IMG/VR virus record: IMGVR_UViG_3300005286_000504
Span: 1-32,190 of that record
DNA from: a virus
Taxonomy: Duplodnaviria; Caudoviricetes
DNA: 32,190 bases
Strand: one strand, 5' to 3'
A program made the translations under genes and the position numbers. Numbering within the stretch: position 1 is the stretch's first letter; each line of letters opens with the position of its first letter. Below the pieces are notes generated by a model, which saw only the letters and a program-made list of their open reading frames with translations, did not search any database and was not told the DNA's origin. Below are positions 9,387 to 18,578 of the stretch, piece by piece.

Positions 9387-9814
9387 CAGGCTGCCTCCGT
9401 CCACACCTCAGCTCCGGAAGGAGCCACGGTGATGGTAGCCGTCATCTTGTCGTCGATCGGAACGGCCTTGCTGTAGGTCAGCACGGAGGCGTCATAGGTG
9501 ACGGTCACGCCGTTAGGGAACTCGATCTGGTGCTGGACAACCGCGCCGCTCGCGCGCATCTCGCGCAGGAACACATCGGTTGGATTCCCGGGAACCCAGT
9601 TGATCGAGAAGCTCGCTTCGCCCGGATCCGTCAGGCCGGCGATGAATTCTCGCCGCCGATCGGGGCTTTGCATGTGGGTGACGTCGACGCGGTCGGTGCT
9701 TTCTTCACCGGGCGTGATTTCGTTGACCTCGCCGATTTCGAAGAATGCAGGCGGCTCTGCCGCGGCGTTCCAGATGCGGTATTTCGACTTGTAGCCAATC
9801 ATGGCGTCGGACAT
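9386..9814 (-). CDS. Major tail tube protein
   Basis: 142 aa. IGEVNEITPGE..VDVTHMQSPDRRREFIAGLTDPGE motif of lambda gpV-like tube proteins. Confidence 0.88.
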   Translation of the reverse strand: MSDAMIGYKSKYRIWNAAAEPPAFFEIGEVNEITPGEESTDRVDVTHMQSPDRRREFIAGLTDPGEASFSINWVPGNPTDVFLREMRASGAVVQHQIEFPNGVTVTYDASVLTYSKAVPIDDKMTATITVAPSGAEVWTEAA

Positions 9815-9816
9815 GG

Positions 9817-10203
9817 TTATGCTCCGTAGTGAACAGTGATGTCGATGGAGGTGCGGAACAGGCTGGTCACTTCCCCGGCGTCCGCAGCCGGGAGATCTCT
9901 TTCGCTGTCGATGAAGACGCCCTTGAAAGGGCCGCCCTGATAACCCGAAAGCCTTGACTTGATGGCCCGGGCGAGCGTCTTCGCCTGCCCGTATTTGTCG
10001 GCATAGCAGTCGATCTGCATGCGGATAGGTACCGGGTTGGCCTCGCCCTGCATGTGATAGGACGGAGCCGAACTCACAGTCTGAAGAACGACATAGGGGC
10101 GCGCGTCCCGCTGGTCAGCGCGGCCCAGACGGATCTTCTGGCCAGTAATCGCGACGATGGCAGGCGTTGCCAGCAGGATCTGAACAAGCGTTTCTTCCAT
10201 CAT
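9817..10203 (-). CDS. Tail terminator / completion protein (DUF3168-like)
   Basis: Start moved to ATG 10203 (ATGA overlap); 128 aa with RPYVVLQTVS and RMQIDCYA; synteny. Confidence 0.78.
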   Translation of the reverse strand: MMEETLVQILLATPAIVAITGQKIRLGRADQRDARPYVVLQTVSSAPSYHMQGEANPVPIRMQIDCYADKYGQAKTLARAIKSRLSGYQGGPFKGVFIDSERDLPAADAGEVTSLFRTSIDITVHYGA

Positions 10204-10646
10204 TTTCCTCGTGCGGCACGGCGTGCCAAACGCTCTGTCGCTTGCCGGATGCGGAGCCAGAGGGAATTGCCGATCCGGTCCAGGGTCGGCATCTTCTCCG
10301 CTTCCCACGCGGGGCGCATGAAAGGTTGCGCAGGGTGCCGCTCATTGCCGAATTCCTGTTGCACGCCAGCCGGATTGTTCGTGCCCATGAACATTTCTTG
10401 GAACGTGGGCTTGTTGATCTCGCGGTGCATCGATCGCTGGCGGGAGTTCAACCGCGTGGAGACGTCGATGCTCTCGTAGAGATGATATTCATCCCGTGGC
10501 GCAAGCCGGCGGGCAGTGCGGGCCATGGGCTCGGCAGCATCGCGCAATACCTGGCGGGTGACGCCCTTCGCCGTAGACTTCGGCAACTGCCCTAATGCAC
10601 GATCAAGCTCCTTCAGCCCTTCAACCTTGACCTTGATCTTCGACAT
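10200..10646 (-). CDS. HK97 gp10-like tail completion protein
   Basis: Start moved to ATG 10646; 148 aa with VEGLKELDRAL and QEFGNERHPAQPFMRPAW motifs. Confidence 0.88.
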   Translation of the reverse strand: MSKIKVKVEGLKELDRALGQLPKSTAKGVTRQVLRDAAEPMARTARRLAPRDEYHLYESIDVSTRLNSRQRSMHREINKPTFQEMFMGTNNPAGVQQEFGNERHPAQPFMRPAWEAEKMPTLDRIGNSLWLRIRQATERLARRAARGK

Positions 10647-10990
10647 CAGTCTGCGTCCCGGACAGCTTTGATGACGATGAACCGGCGTGGCGCATCGATG
10701 TGCTCCATCTTTTCGGTGATCGACCATATCCCGCCATCGTGGCTGATGCGATCGGTCTGCTTGATGTCGTCGGTCTGGCTGCTCTTACGGACTGTGAACC
10801 GCGCCATCAGAAATGCCCCTACCTGTCCTGCGGCTTCTTTCTCGCCGGAGCTGGCGTCTTCACGCTTTGCCCAGACCGTTGCAACATCCGCCCACGTCTC
10901 GACCGGCTCGTTGAACTCGTTCGGGACCGTCGTTGCCCGTTGGATAGTGATCTTGCGGTTCAGGTCCGGCGCTGTCGGTGCTTTCACCAT
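10646..10990 (-). CDS. Head closure / head-tail adaptor (SPP1 gp16-like)
   Basis: 114 aa. LNRKITIQR..NEFNEPVETWADVATVWA motif. Confidence 0.88.
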   Translation of the reverse strand: MVKAPTAPDLNRKITIQRATTVPNEFNEPVETWADVATVWAKREDASSGEKEAAGQVGAFLMARFTVRKSSQTDDIKQTDRISHDGGIWSITEKMEHIDAPRRFIVIKAVRDAD

Positions 10991-10997
10991 CTATCAC

Positions 10998-11327
10998 CTA
11001 TGCAAGCGCGGGATCACGAAGGGTCTTCAGCACCGCTTTGACTGAAGGCGGCAACTCATCACCTGCGAAGTCTTGCCGAAGATCGGAGGGATCGTACCAG
11101 TGACGGAGCAGGAGCAAGACGGATACCTGGATCACCTCCGGAACTTCCGCATCGTTCGGCAACTCACCGTCGATTAGGCCGAGAACTGCACCAGCGCGGG
11201 TGTCGAGGTGGTTGATCACCGCTCCCGACGCGCCCGGAATGTAGACCTCCGTCAACAGCGTATCGTCATCGCTTCCGTCGATACGAAGGGCATCCTTCAC
11301 GCGCTCCAAAGTTACAAGCGACACCAT
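10998..11327 (-). CDS. Head-tail connector (HK97 gp6-like)
   Basis: 109 aa. LVTLERVKDALRID..DDTLL, VLLLLRHWY and LRDPALA motifs. Confidence 0.88.
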   Translation of the reverse strand: MVSLVTLERVKDALRIDGSDDDTLLTEVYIPGASGAVINHLDTRAGAVLGLIDGELPNDAEVPEVIQVSVLLLLRHWYDPSDLRQDFAGDELPPSVKAVLKTLRDPALA

Positions 11328-12361
11328 CAGTCAGCCCTCGCCGGCACACCAACGCGCACAGGCTGCGCGGTCTTCACTTCCTTCACCGTGCCGTCCCTTC
11401 CATCGCGGCCTTTCTTGGCGCACAGGGTCCACGACTTGGCGCCCTCGCCGGGCTTGTCGGCCGTTTCGCCGTCGCAGTGCCACAGGGAACCGCCCCAGGT
11501 GACGGTATCGCCGCGCTCGTACTTCTCGCCGTCCTTGTAGACGCCGCGGTAGAGCATGACCGGGAAACCGAGCTCAACCTTGAACGACTGGTCGCCACGC
11601 TCGAACGCCAGGAGCACCGTCCGGCCGTCGTCCATCAGTGTCGCGTCGAATTCTTCCAGGCTGAAACCATCGCGGCCGTCCTTGCCGGGGGTGCCATCCT
11701 TCCCGACCACTGGGCCGAGATTCTTCGTTTCACCGTTGGTCAGTGTGACGAAAAGCTCTCCATCTCGATCGATCAAAGCGCCGGCTAGACCGATGCCATT
11801 CTTGCCGTCTTTTCCGTCTCGGCCATCTTTGCCGTCTTTCGCCCGCGGAAGTTCGCTGATGCGTTTGTCCACTTCAGAGGCGATAAGAGGCGCAACTTCC
11901 TCGACAGTGACGCTCTTGCCGTCCTGTGGGGCTGGGATGGTGGCAACGGCATCTGACACCATTGCCGCGATGTCCGAAAACTGCGGTGCGGGTTCGATAG
12001 CCTCAACGGCAGCGCGTATCTCCTTGACCTCGTCGGCAATCACGCGCCGAACCTCGTCAAGGTCCGCGTCTTTGCCGTCTTGCGGCTTTGGTAACTCCGC
12101 TACGGCTGCAGAGACTGCAGATCGCACCAATGCGTCAACGTCTGGAAGTTCAGGAGCAGGCGGGATCTCTGACATCTTGATCGCGTCGACTGTGGCTTTC
12201 ACCGCGGCCAAATCTTCGGAAAGATCGACAGGCGCCGGCATCTCCCTGACCTGCTTCTCGATCGCATCAATGCGAGCCGAAAGCGGCGCCAGTTCCTTGG
12301 CGAGATATTCCTTGACCACGCCGACGATCTCTTTGCCGAAGGCCTTGCCATCGAATGTCAT
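11327..12361 (-). CDS. Head-associated repeat protein with collagen-like G-X-Y repeats and aromatic C-terminal module
   Basis: 344 aa. Repeated helical units ending in PQDGK, GKDGRDGKDGKNG triplets and C-terminal YRGVY..YERGDTVTWGGSLWHC; coupled to the portal and connector genes. Confidence 0.7.
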   Translation of the reverse strand: MTFDGKAFGKEIVGVVKEYLAKELAPLSARIDAIEKQVREMPAPVDLSEDLAAVKATVDAIKMSEIPPAPELPDVDALVRSAVSAAVAELPKPQDGKDADLDEVRRVIADEVKEIRAAVEAIEPAPQFSDIAAMVSDAVATIPAPQDGKSVTVEEVAPLIASEVDKRISELPRAKDGKDGRDGKDGKNGIGLAGALIDRDGELFVTLTNGETKNLGPVVGKDGTPGKDGRDGFSLEEFDATLMDDGRTVLLAFERGDQSFKVELGFPVMLYRGVYKDGEKYERGDTVTWGGSLWHCDGETADKPGEGAKSWTLCAKKGRDGRDGTVKEVKTAQPVRVGVPARAD

Positions 12362-13704
12362 CAGCGAAGTCCTTTGTAGATTTCGACAAGCGCTGCCCGG
12401 GCTTCCGCTTCGGCTGCGTTGTCATTCGCAGGTTCGGACGGCGGGGCAGGCGCAGGGGCGGTGGCCCCAAATGGGTCAGATTGAGCATCGCGCTTTGCGA
12501 GAGCTTCGAGGCTGAAGTTCTGCTGCTGCAGCATCGGGCTATCACCGCCTGGTTTGGGCGGGAGGTCGAGCTTCTTACGCTGCTCGTTGGGCGCGAGGAT
12601 ACCCTTCGACTTGTCGAGCATCTCCATCTGCGTGACGCTGTCCATGCGCAGGAGATTTTCGGTGTCGAATTCTGTCCCCATGTTCTCGCCCGTGCCCAGA
12701 CCTTCATCCAAGCAGAGTTCGATCGACTCCAGCAACACCTGAAGGCACTGCGAGTAATACTCGACGTTCAAGCTTTGAACGTTGTTAGCGGTCGGCATGG
12801 GGCCAAGACCGATCTTGTATGGCGGGACGTGATAGGTCGAGCAGACGACCTCACCGGACCACTTCAACTGCTCGATGAGCTGAGAATCCGTCGCCTTGGC
12901 TCGCATCGCCTCATATTTGAGGCCGTCGCCCAAGACCGCGACCTTGCCGGAGTTCTTGCCAGAGAAGTTGGTATCCCAATACTCCTTGAGACGCTTGGCG
13001 GTGTCGTCGCCAATGGCGCCTGGGGCTGTAAGCACACCGCCGGGGCGAGCACCATTCTGGAAAAACAGGGTGCTGTCGTTCTGGACGGCTATACCCTGCA
13101 TAGCGGCCAAGCCTCCGGCAAAGATCGGAGACAGACCGACCAGCGGGTGAAAGAAGCAGTTGAACCGATCGTGGATGATCTCTCGCGCCGGAACGGTTAC
13201 GCCGGCTTCGACGCCGCCAAGCGGATCCCGGCCCAGCTGGTAGAACACGCTACCATCATCAGATACGAGAGGCGTCACGAGGTCGGGGTCGAGCACGTAA
13301 AGCTTCACCACCACGCCGCGGCCGTCGCGCTGCTTCAGGATGTAGGCGTTGCCGCGCTGGAGCTTCGACAGAACCCATGCTTCCATGAACTGGATGCGGT
13401 TCTGCCAATCGTTTGGCTTGCGGAGGACAGGGGAATAAGCCGGATTGCTGGTCTCGGTCCATATCCCGTCGCGGTCCTTCGCTACCAGCTTGATGCGCAG
13501 CTTGGCGATGTCGGAAGCTATCAGCGTCCGGCAAGCGAAGTCGGCATGGTTGGACAGAACACTTTCCTGCCTAACCTCGACGTTCTGCTGCCAGGCGCCG
13601 GGAAAGCTTTCCCTGATGATCGGCCACCATCCGCCGCGGGTGTCGGGGCGCGATAGATTGCCGGCCGCCTTCTCGCGGGTGATGTTGAGCCCAAAGAATT
13701 TCAT
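12361..13704 (-). CDS. HK97-family portal protein
   Basis: 447 aa with GNAYILK, EIIHDR, GLSPI, FFQNGARPGGVL and YHVPP motifs. Confidence 0.95.
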   Translation of the reverse strand: MKFFGLNITREKAAGNLSRPDTRGGWWPIIRESFPGAWQQNVEVRQESVLSNHADFACRTLIASDIAKLRIKLVAKDRDGIWTETSNPAYSPVLRKPNDWQNRIQFMEAWVLSKLQRGNAYILKQRDGRGVVVKLYVLDPDLVTPLVSDDGSVFYQLGRDPLGGVEAGVTVPAREIIHDRFNCFFHPLVGLSPIFAGGLAAMQGIAVQNDSTLFFQNGARPGGVLTAPGAIGDDTAKRLKEYWDTNFSGKNSGKVAVLGDGLKYEAMRAKATDSQLIEQLKWSGEVVCSTYHVPPYKIGLGPMPTANNVQSLNVEYYSQCLQVLLESIELCLDEGLGTGENMGTEFDTENLLRMDSVTQMEMLDKSKGILAPNEQRKKLDLPPKPGGDSPMLQQQNFSLEALAKRDAQSDPFGATAPAPAPPSEPANDNAAEAEARAALVEIYKGLR

Positions 13705-13970
13705 CAGTAGATCGCCACAATGTCCGTTGCTGTGGTGCCCGTCACGCGGACAGCTTTGGCGCGGATTGGAAGCAAGGCTCCTGCGGGAACGTTCTTCAGA
13801 ATGACGGGCGCCGTGTCTTCGACTGCCACGACTGCGACATCTCCAGCCCCGCCAACATAGAGGGCGCGGCAGTTGCCATCAGGGAGCGCGGCGCTGGCAT
13901 GCGGGGTGACTGCTCGGAGAGCGCCGCCGCCGATCATGCTGCTGTTGGATGCGGTGGGATTACGCGCCAT
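13704..13970 (-). CDS. Head spike base protein (RcGTA Rcc01079-like)
   Basis: Start at ATG 13970 after GGAGG; 88 aa. AVTP..LP..RALYVGGAGDVAV..LPIRAKAVRVTGTTATDIVAIY recognised as the Rcc01079-type pattern. Confidence 0.78.
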   Translation of the reverse strand: MARNPTASNSSMIGGGALRAVTPHASAALPDGNCRALYVGGAGDVAVVAVEDTAPVILKNVPAGALLPIRAKAVRVTGTTATDIVAIY

Positions 13971-14241
13971 TGTGGTTGCCTCCGCCGGTGCGACGTTGGA
14001 GCTCAAGTTCGACCGCCGCGATGGCGTCATCCTTGGTCTTGATCGTGTCGTCACTTACGGAAGCAGCCAGCGACTTTAGCGCCGGCCACGGCAGGTCTCG
14101 CCAATCATCCGGGATGGGGCAAAGGTCGGCGCCCGCGTCGGTTTGCAGCGCGGTCGTGTCGTATCCCAATTTGCCGAATATCCGCGCATAGCGCCGATCG
14201 GACGACTTGAGCGCCCTGTTGAGGTAGCCTTGATGCTTCAT
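13960..14241 (-). CDS. Small head-module protein after the capsid gene (possible HeH/LEM-like C-terminus)
   Basis: 93 aa with upstream GGAAGGA; overlaps the next gene. Function inferred from position only. Confidence 0.6.
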   Translation of the reverse strand: MKHQGYLNRALKSSDRRYARIFGKLGYDTTALQTDAGADLCPIPDDWRDLPWPALKSLAASVSDDTIKTKDDAIAAVELELQRRTGGGNHNGA

Positions 14242-14257
14242 CGCTCAATCCTTCCAG

Positions 14258-14289
14258 AGAAAAGCCAGCCGCACCGGAGCGCGACTGGC
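14258..14289 (-). terminator. Intrinsic terminator-like hairpin after the capsid gene
   Basis: Minus strand GCCAGTCGC-N8-GCGGCTGGC followed by TTTTCT. Confidence 0.55.
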
Positions 14290-14305
14290 ATGTTTGGGTA
14301 CGGCC

Positions 14306-16321
14306 TTAGCCGGCGGTGTAGTTCGCGCTGTCGATGTACTGGACGGCGCCAGAGCGGCGCTTGGTCCAGTTGATGAAGCGCTCCGCACGGATGCCGACCA
14401 TGTTGTGCTGCCAGAGGCTGACGAGCACGGTCGAAGCGGTCGGCGGGCTGGTTGGCGCGCTGTCCATCTCGAGCGAAGCCTGGTTGCTGGCGTCGAGCAG
14501 GGTTTCGCCATCGTCAGCGAGCATGATCTCCGACGCCTTGGCGAGGATGATGCGAGCGCCGGCGCCGACGAGGGGATCGCCGGAACCAGGGTTGGCGGGG
14601 CTATTCTCCGACAGGACGACCGGAAGACCGAAGAACCGGCCGCCGCTGTCGCCGTTGATCTGGATGTCTGGAAATTCGCGCTGGCCGAGCGGGTTCAGCA
14701 TGAGAGCCAGCGAGAGCGCCATCATTTCAGTCATGATGAACACGGCGCCGGACAGGGAGAGGTTCGCGGTGACGAACTTGCCCATCAACTTCTGGACGTC
14801 GGCGCGCACAGCGTCAGCATCGGTGCCGCTCGCAACCACTGGCGTCACGCCGTTGGTGATGGAGGCAGGCTTGACGCCAGCCGAACCAGCATTCGCAGGG
14901 TCGACGAAGTCCCGGTCCATCGTCTGGACAATGGTGTCCATCAGATCCTGGCGAACGATCGCTTCAGCGGACGGGTTGGAGAACCGAACGAGCTCCTCCG
15001 TCATCACAACGATGCCGGCCAGCTTGGTGACGCCGAGCGAAATTTGGTCGAAGGCCAGAGCAGAAACCGGCTTCGGCTTGCCTTCACCCACCCAGGACGC
15101 CGAAGATCCACCGGTCTGGCGCGGCACCTTGATATTGAAAGGCACGTTGCGCAGGCCAGGGATGCGACCGATGATTGTCTGAGGGCGCAGGAGCTCAGCG
15201 AACTCGCTAGCCATGTTCTGGTATTCGACCAGAGGCTTCGCCCAGGCGGTATCGGTCGTGGTGCCGGCGGCAACCGCGGCCTTCAGAACCGTGGAGACTT
15301 CCGGCGTCTGGTCATCCCAGCGCTTTGCGATCTCGGCGGCCTGCATCAGGTTGCCCTTGGACGCCATCAGCGCCATGGCATAGCGCGTGAAGGCGGTGCC
15401 CTTGGCGACGTTCGGCTTCACCTGCACCGGAGTGCCGGAACGAACGGCAGCGCCATCGGCTGCGGTCTTGATCTGGTTGGCGATGACCGGCTTGGCTGAA
15501 GCTGCCTGCGACTTTTCCAGCGAGCGGAAACGCTTCAGGTCACCGTCGATCGATTCGACTTCCTGTTCGAGCGTGTCGAACTCTTCCTGTTCCGCCTGGT
15601 CGGACGAACGGCCCTCGTCGATCGACTTCTGCATGACTTCCGCCATGCGTGCGGACTTGGCCTGCCGAGAGGCTTCAAGTGCCGCGATCTGTTCAGCAAT
15701 GGTTTTCATTTCATGGCCCTCCTTCGGGTGCAAATTGACGGGTTTGTGAGATTTTCCCGAAGCGCCGGGAGAGACATCGACCGGACGCTCGATAGTGCCT
15801 GTCGCGGCAGGAGCGTTCGCGTCGAATTGCTTGACGACAGAGAGGCCTCGTTCGTCCATGTTCTTAATGCTTGTCATGACCGCTTCCGGCTGCGCCGGGA
15901 TGGTCACCGCCGAAAGCTCATAGACCTCCGACTTGATGAACCGAATGCCGCCCTCATCGAGGAAGGCGTATTCGACGGCTCGGAAGCCAATCGACACCGC
16001 GCGCACCAGCCCGATCTTGATCGACTGCCATGCTTCATCGATGCGGTCCTTCAGCGTGCCGTCTTCGGCAATGGTGGGGATTTCTGCCTCGAAGGTGATG
16101 CCATCCTTGGTCGGCTTGTCGAACTTCACCGTGCCGATCGGCTGCTTGTGGTCGTGCTGCCAGAGGAACGGCATCGGGTTCGTGAACTTCACGCCGAGCG
16201 GCTCGACAATGTCGCCCACGCGATCGGCTGCCGGGGTGGTGGCGATGCCGCGGATGATGCGCTTTTCTTCGTCGACTGCCTTGATGGTGAGGGACGAGTA
16301 TGCGCGGCGCGTCACTGTCAT
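14306..16321 (-). CDS. Fused prohead protease / major capsid protein (HK97 fold)
   Basis: 671 aa. N-terminal HK97-type protease (LWQHDH, VSIGF, YELSAVTIPA), then coiled-coil delta domain and capsid motifs (ASWVGEG, KLAGIVVMTEEL). Confidence 0.93.
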   Translation of the reverse strand: MTVTRRAYSSLTIKAVDEEKRIIRGIATTPAADRVGDIVEPLGVKFTNPMPFLWQHDHKQPIGTVKFDKPTKDGITFEAEIPTIAEDGTLKDRIDEAWQSIKIGLVRAVSIGFRAVEYAFLDEGGIRFIKSEVYELSAVTIPAQPEAVMTSIKNMDERGLSVVKQFDANAPAATGTIERPVDVSPGASGKSHKPVNLHPKEGHEMKTIAEQIAALEASRQAKSARMAEVMQKSIDEGRSSDQAEQEEFDTLEQEVESIDGDLKRFRSLEKSQAASAKPVIANQIKTAADGAAVRSGTPVQVKPNVAKGTAFTRYAMALMASKGNLMQAAEIAKRWDDQTPEVSTVLKAAVAAGTTTDTAWAKPLVEYQNMASEFAELLRPQTIIGRIPGLRNVPFNIKVPRQTGGSSASWVGEGKPKPVSALAFDQISLGVTKLAGIVVMTEELVRFSNPSAEAIVRQDLMDTIVQTMDRDFVDPANAGSAGVKPASITNGVTPVVASGTDADAVRADVQKLMGKFVTANLSLSGAVFIMTEMMALSLALMLNPLGQREFPDIQINGDSGGRFFGLPVVLSENSPANPGSGDPLVGAGARIILAKASEIMLADDGETLLDASNQASLEMDSAPTSPPTASTVLVSLWQHNMVGIRAERFINWTKRRSGAVQYIDSANYTAG

Positions 16322-16355
16322 GACGACCTCCAGTTCTTCTGCGATTGCGGATGGG

Positions 16356-18056
16356 TCAGCCGAACACCAACATCTGGTATTCTGGCTCCTTGGCTACTTC
16401 CGGGTTTCTGCTCATCATCTCTCCAGCATTGAATGCCGCGACCAGCGGGTCGATCTTGGAGCTGACAGATTTCTTGTCGATGTAGACGTTGACGCCGCGC
16501 TGCTCAGCGCGGGCGTTCTCGACGCACCAGCTCAGGAGCCGCGAGCCGCTATGTTTCATGGTGCCATCGGCAAGCTTTCGCTCAATGCCGAAGATTGAAG
16601 GCGACAGACGATAGCCCTGCGATACCGCCTTCACCATCGGGTCGGCGATGTTGTAGGCGGCGAGCTCTTCGAGAAGAGCCGTAACGCCATTCGGGTCAAG
16701 GCCGATGGCACCTTCCTCAGGAAGGAGCCACGCATCGCGTATCTCGGCGATAATGGCGGCCGCTTCCTCGACGTCCTGAGTAACCCGCTTGCAAATCACC
16801 AGGTCGCCGTCGCGCTCGAAGTCGTTGAGTTTCTCGACGATCTCCGGGTGGCGCTTGAGGACCGACGGCTGCGCCCATGCCTTGGCCCATAGCAGCCAGT
16901 GCCTGGTTTCCTTGTGACGGCCGATTGCAGCCAGACCCCACAGATCAAGCAGGCCGCCGACGTCACCGCCGAAGACGATCACGTCGCAGACGGCTTTCAT
17001 GTATTCGAGGGTGATCCTCTTGTCCGCAGATGATTCCCAGTAGTCGGCGCCGATCCAGCGGTCCGAATGCAGCGCCAGGCCGATCTCGACGTTGAGATGC
17101 TGGCTCGCCCAGCGGCGTTCTTCTTCCTCGCCCTTCTTCTGAGCCGCGCGCCATTCCTCTTCCAGTCGATCAATCGTGATCGAAAGACCGAGGTTTGGAA
17201 GAACCATCGGCCAATGTTTCGGATCTTGCCAGGGCCTGTCCTTGGCCGTCTGCATCTCTTCCGGAAACTCGTAGAGCACCGGAAGCGTGCTGCTGTCGGT
17301 GATCGTGCCGTCGCGCACGCCGCGAGCGTACTGGAGTTCTGACTTGAATACCCCGGAGGGGGGCTCATCACTTTGCGTGGTGATGATGATCAGGAAGGAT
17401 TCCTTGTTCGGGATCAACCCCCCGCTGATCTGGCCGAGCACTCGTGATGCATACGAGTAGGACGACATGACGTGCAGCTCGTCGAGGAGGACACCGGCAG
17501 GCTTCGAACCGGTCAGCACCTTCATGTCGAACGTCTTGATCCGGAGCTTCGCCTTGTTGAGGCGATCCTTGATCGTCTTCGTATGCTCGATCGTCTGGAA
17601 TCGCTTCGACAGATATTCGTCTGCCTCGATCATCCCGGCCGCCTGCTGGTAGGCTGTGTCGGCGACATCCTGCGTCGGCCCGATCAGCAAGAACTCGGCG
17701 CGTGGTCGCTTGTTCATCAGCATCGCGGTGACCATGATTCCGGCGCCACCGGTGGTCTTGGAGTTCTTCTTCGGCACCAGGCCGAAGACATTCCTCACAT
17801 GCCGCTCGCCGTTCTCGTCGATCGAGCCGAAGATGGCCCGGACGATGTCGCGGAACCAGTCACCTGCTGCGTCCGCCATGAACGGCTGATCAGGAACGTC
17901 GGGCAGCCGCAGGTTATTGAAGATCCCGACCGCTCGATCGCCTTCCTCTTGGTCCAGGGGAAGATCCGGAACAAGCGACCGGCCCGACCTAAGGCGCTCC
18001 ACCCAATCGGGGCAGGCGAAGTTCCAATCGGCCTTTACTGCAGAAGCGAAGCCCAC
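16356..18056 (-). CDS. terL: Terminase large subunit
   Basis: 566 aa. Walker A VPKKNSKTT, Walker B VLLDELH, coupling motif ITTQS and C-terminal KIDPLVA nuclease motif. Confidence 0.95.
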   Translation of the reverse strand: MGFASAVKADWNFACPDWVERLRSGRSLVPDLPLDQEEGDRAVGIFNNLRLPDVPDQPFMADAAGDWFRDIVRAIFGSIDENGERHVRNVFGLVPKKNSKTTGGAGIMVTAMLMNKRPRAEFLLIGPTQDVADTAYQQAAGMIEADEYLSKRFQTIEHTKTIKDRLNKAKLRIKTFDMKVLTGSKPAGVLLDELHVMSSYSYASRVLGQISGGLIPNKESFLIIITTQSDEPPSGVFKSELQYARGVRDGTITDSSTLPVLYEFPEEMQTAKDRPWQDPKHWPMVLPNLGLSITIDRLEEEWRAAQKKGEEEERRWASQHLNVEIGLALHSDRWIGADYWESSADKRITLEYMKAVCDVIVFGGDVGGLLDLWGLAAIGRHKETRHWLLWAKAWAQPSVLKRHPEIVEKLNDFERDGDLVICKRVTQDVEEAAAIIAEIRDAWLLPEEGAIGLDPNGVTALLEELAAYNIADPMVKAVSQGYRLSPSIFGIERKLADGTMKHSGSRLLSWCVENARAEQRGVNVYIDKKSVSSKIDPLVAAFNAGEMMSRNPEVAKEPEYQMLVFG

Positions 18057-18493
18057 GATGTGCCTTCATGTGCTGTCTTGGCGTCCTGGTCCGCCGCAGC
18101 CTTCTTGCCCAGCTTTTCCGCGGAGGCTTTGTCGTCTTTCGGGATCGGGACGGCCGGGGCGCCCTGTTTCTCCAGGATGTCGAACATCCTCGAAATGGCG
18201 ACGGAGCTACCGGACTTCATTTTCTTCAGCGTGATCTCCAGAGCCATGCCTTCGATCAGGTCCGCGCCGTCCTGAAGCTCTCGGGAAAAATTCTTGCGAA
18301 GCGTCTTCTCATCGCACCCGAGATAGTTGGCAATTCTCGCTTGCGTCCAACCCGCAGCGCGGAGAAGGCATACAAGTTCCTGATTTTCCTTGTTCTTTGC
18401 AAACGATGGCCTGCCGCGCCGATCCTTGATCGGCAACATCGGCTGGCCGAACAGGTCAAGCTCAGTCTTCTGGCCGGAAAAATCGTCTGACAC
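18035..18493 (-). CDS. Terminase small subunit (HTH)
   Basis: GTG 18493 after GGAG; about 152 aa. HTH WTQARIANYLGCDEKTLRKNF; directly upstream of terL. Confidence 0.72.
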   Translation of the reverse strand: MSDDFSGQKTELDLFGQPMLPIKDRRGRPSFAKNKENQELVCLLRAAGWTQARIANYLGCDEKTLRKNFSRELQDGADLIEGMALEITLKKMKSGSSVAISRMFDILEKQGAPAVPIPKDDKASAEKLGKKAAADQDAKTAHEGTSWASLLQ

Positions 18494-18578
18494 GGTAAAA
18501 AAAATCTCCGAATAGGAGGGGCGCGGGTCTAGGGGCAGGGGGCCTTCCAGACTTTCGACCACCCCCCCGGCCTTGCGG
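18494..18578 (-). other. Probable cos / packaging initiation region
   Basis: Gap between HNH and terS holding a G7 run, TAGACCCGCGCCCC and a T8 run; this is the usual cos position in HNH-dependent cos phages. The exact cut site cannot be determined. Confidence 0.45.

Noticed and set aside
8746-13970. Gene transfer agent cluster (GTA-like chaperone and spike base)
   Set aside because: Integrase, xis, cI/cro, replication initiator and HNH-linked terminase indicate a genuine temperate phage.
12355-15499. Long antisense ORFs (433, 401 and 282 aa) opposite portal and capsid genes
   Set aside because: Shadow frames produced by GC3-biased codon usage of well-identified minus-strand genes.
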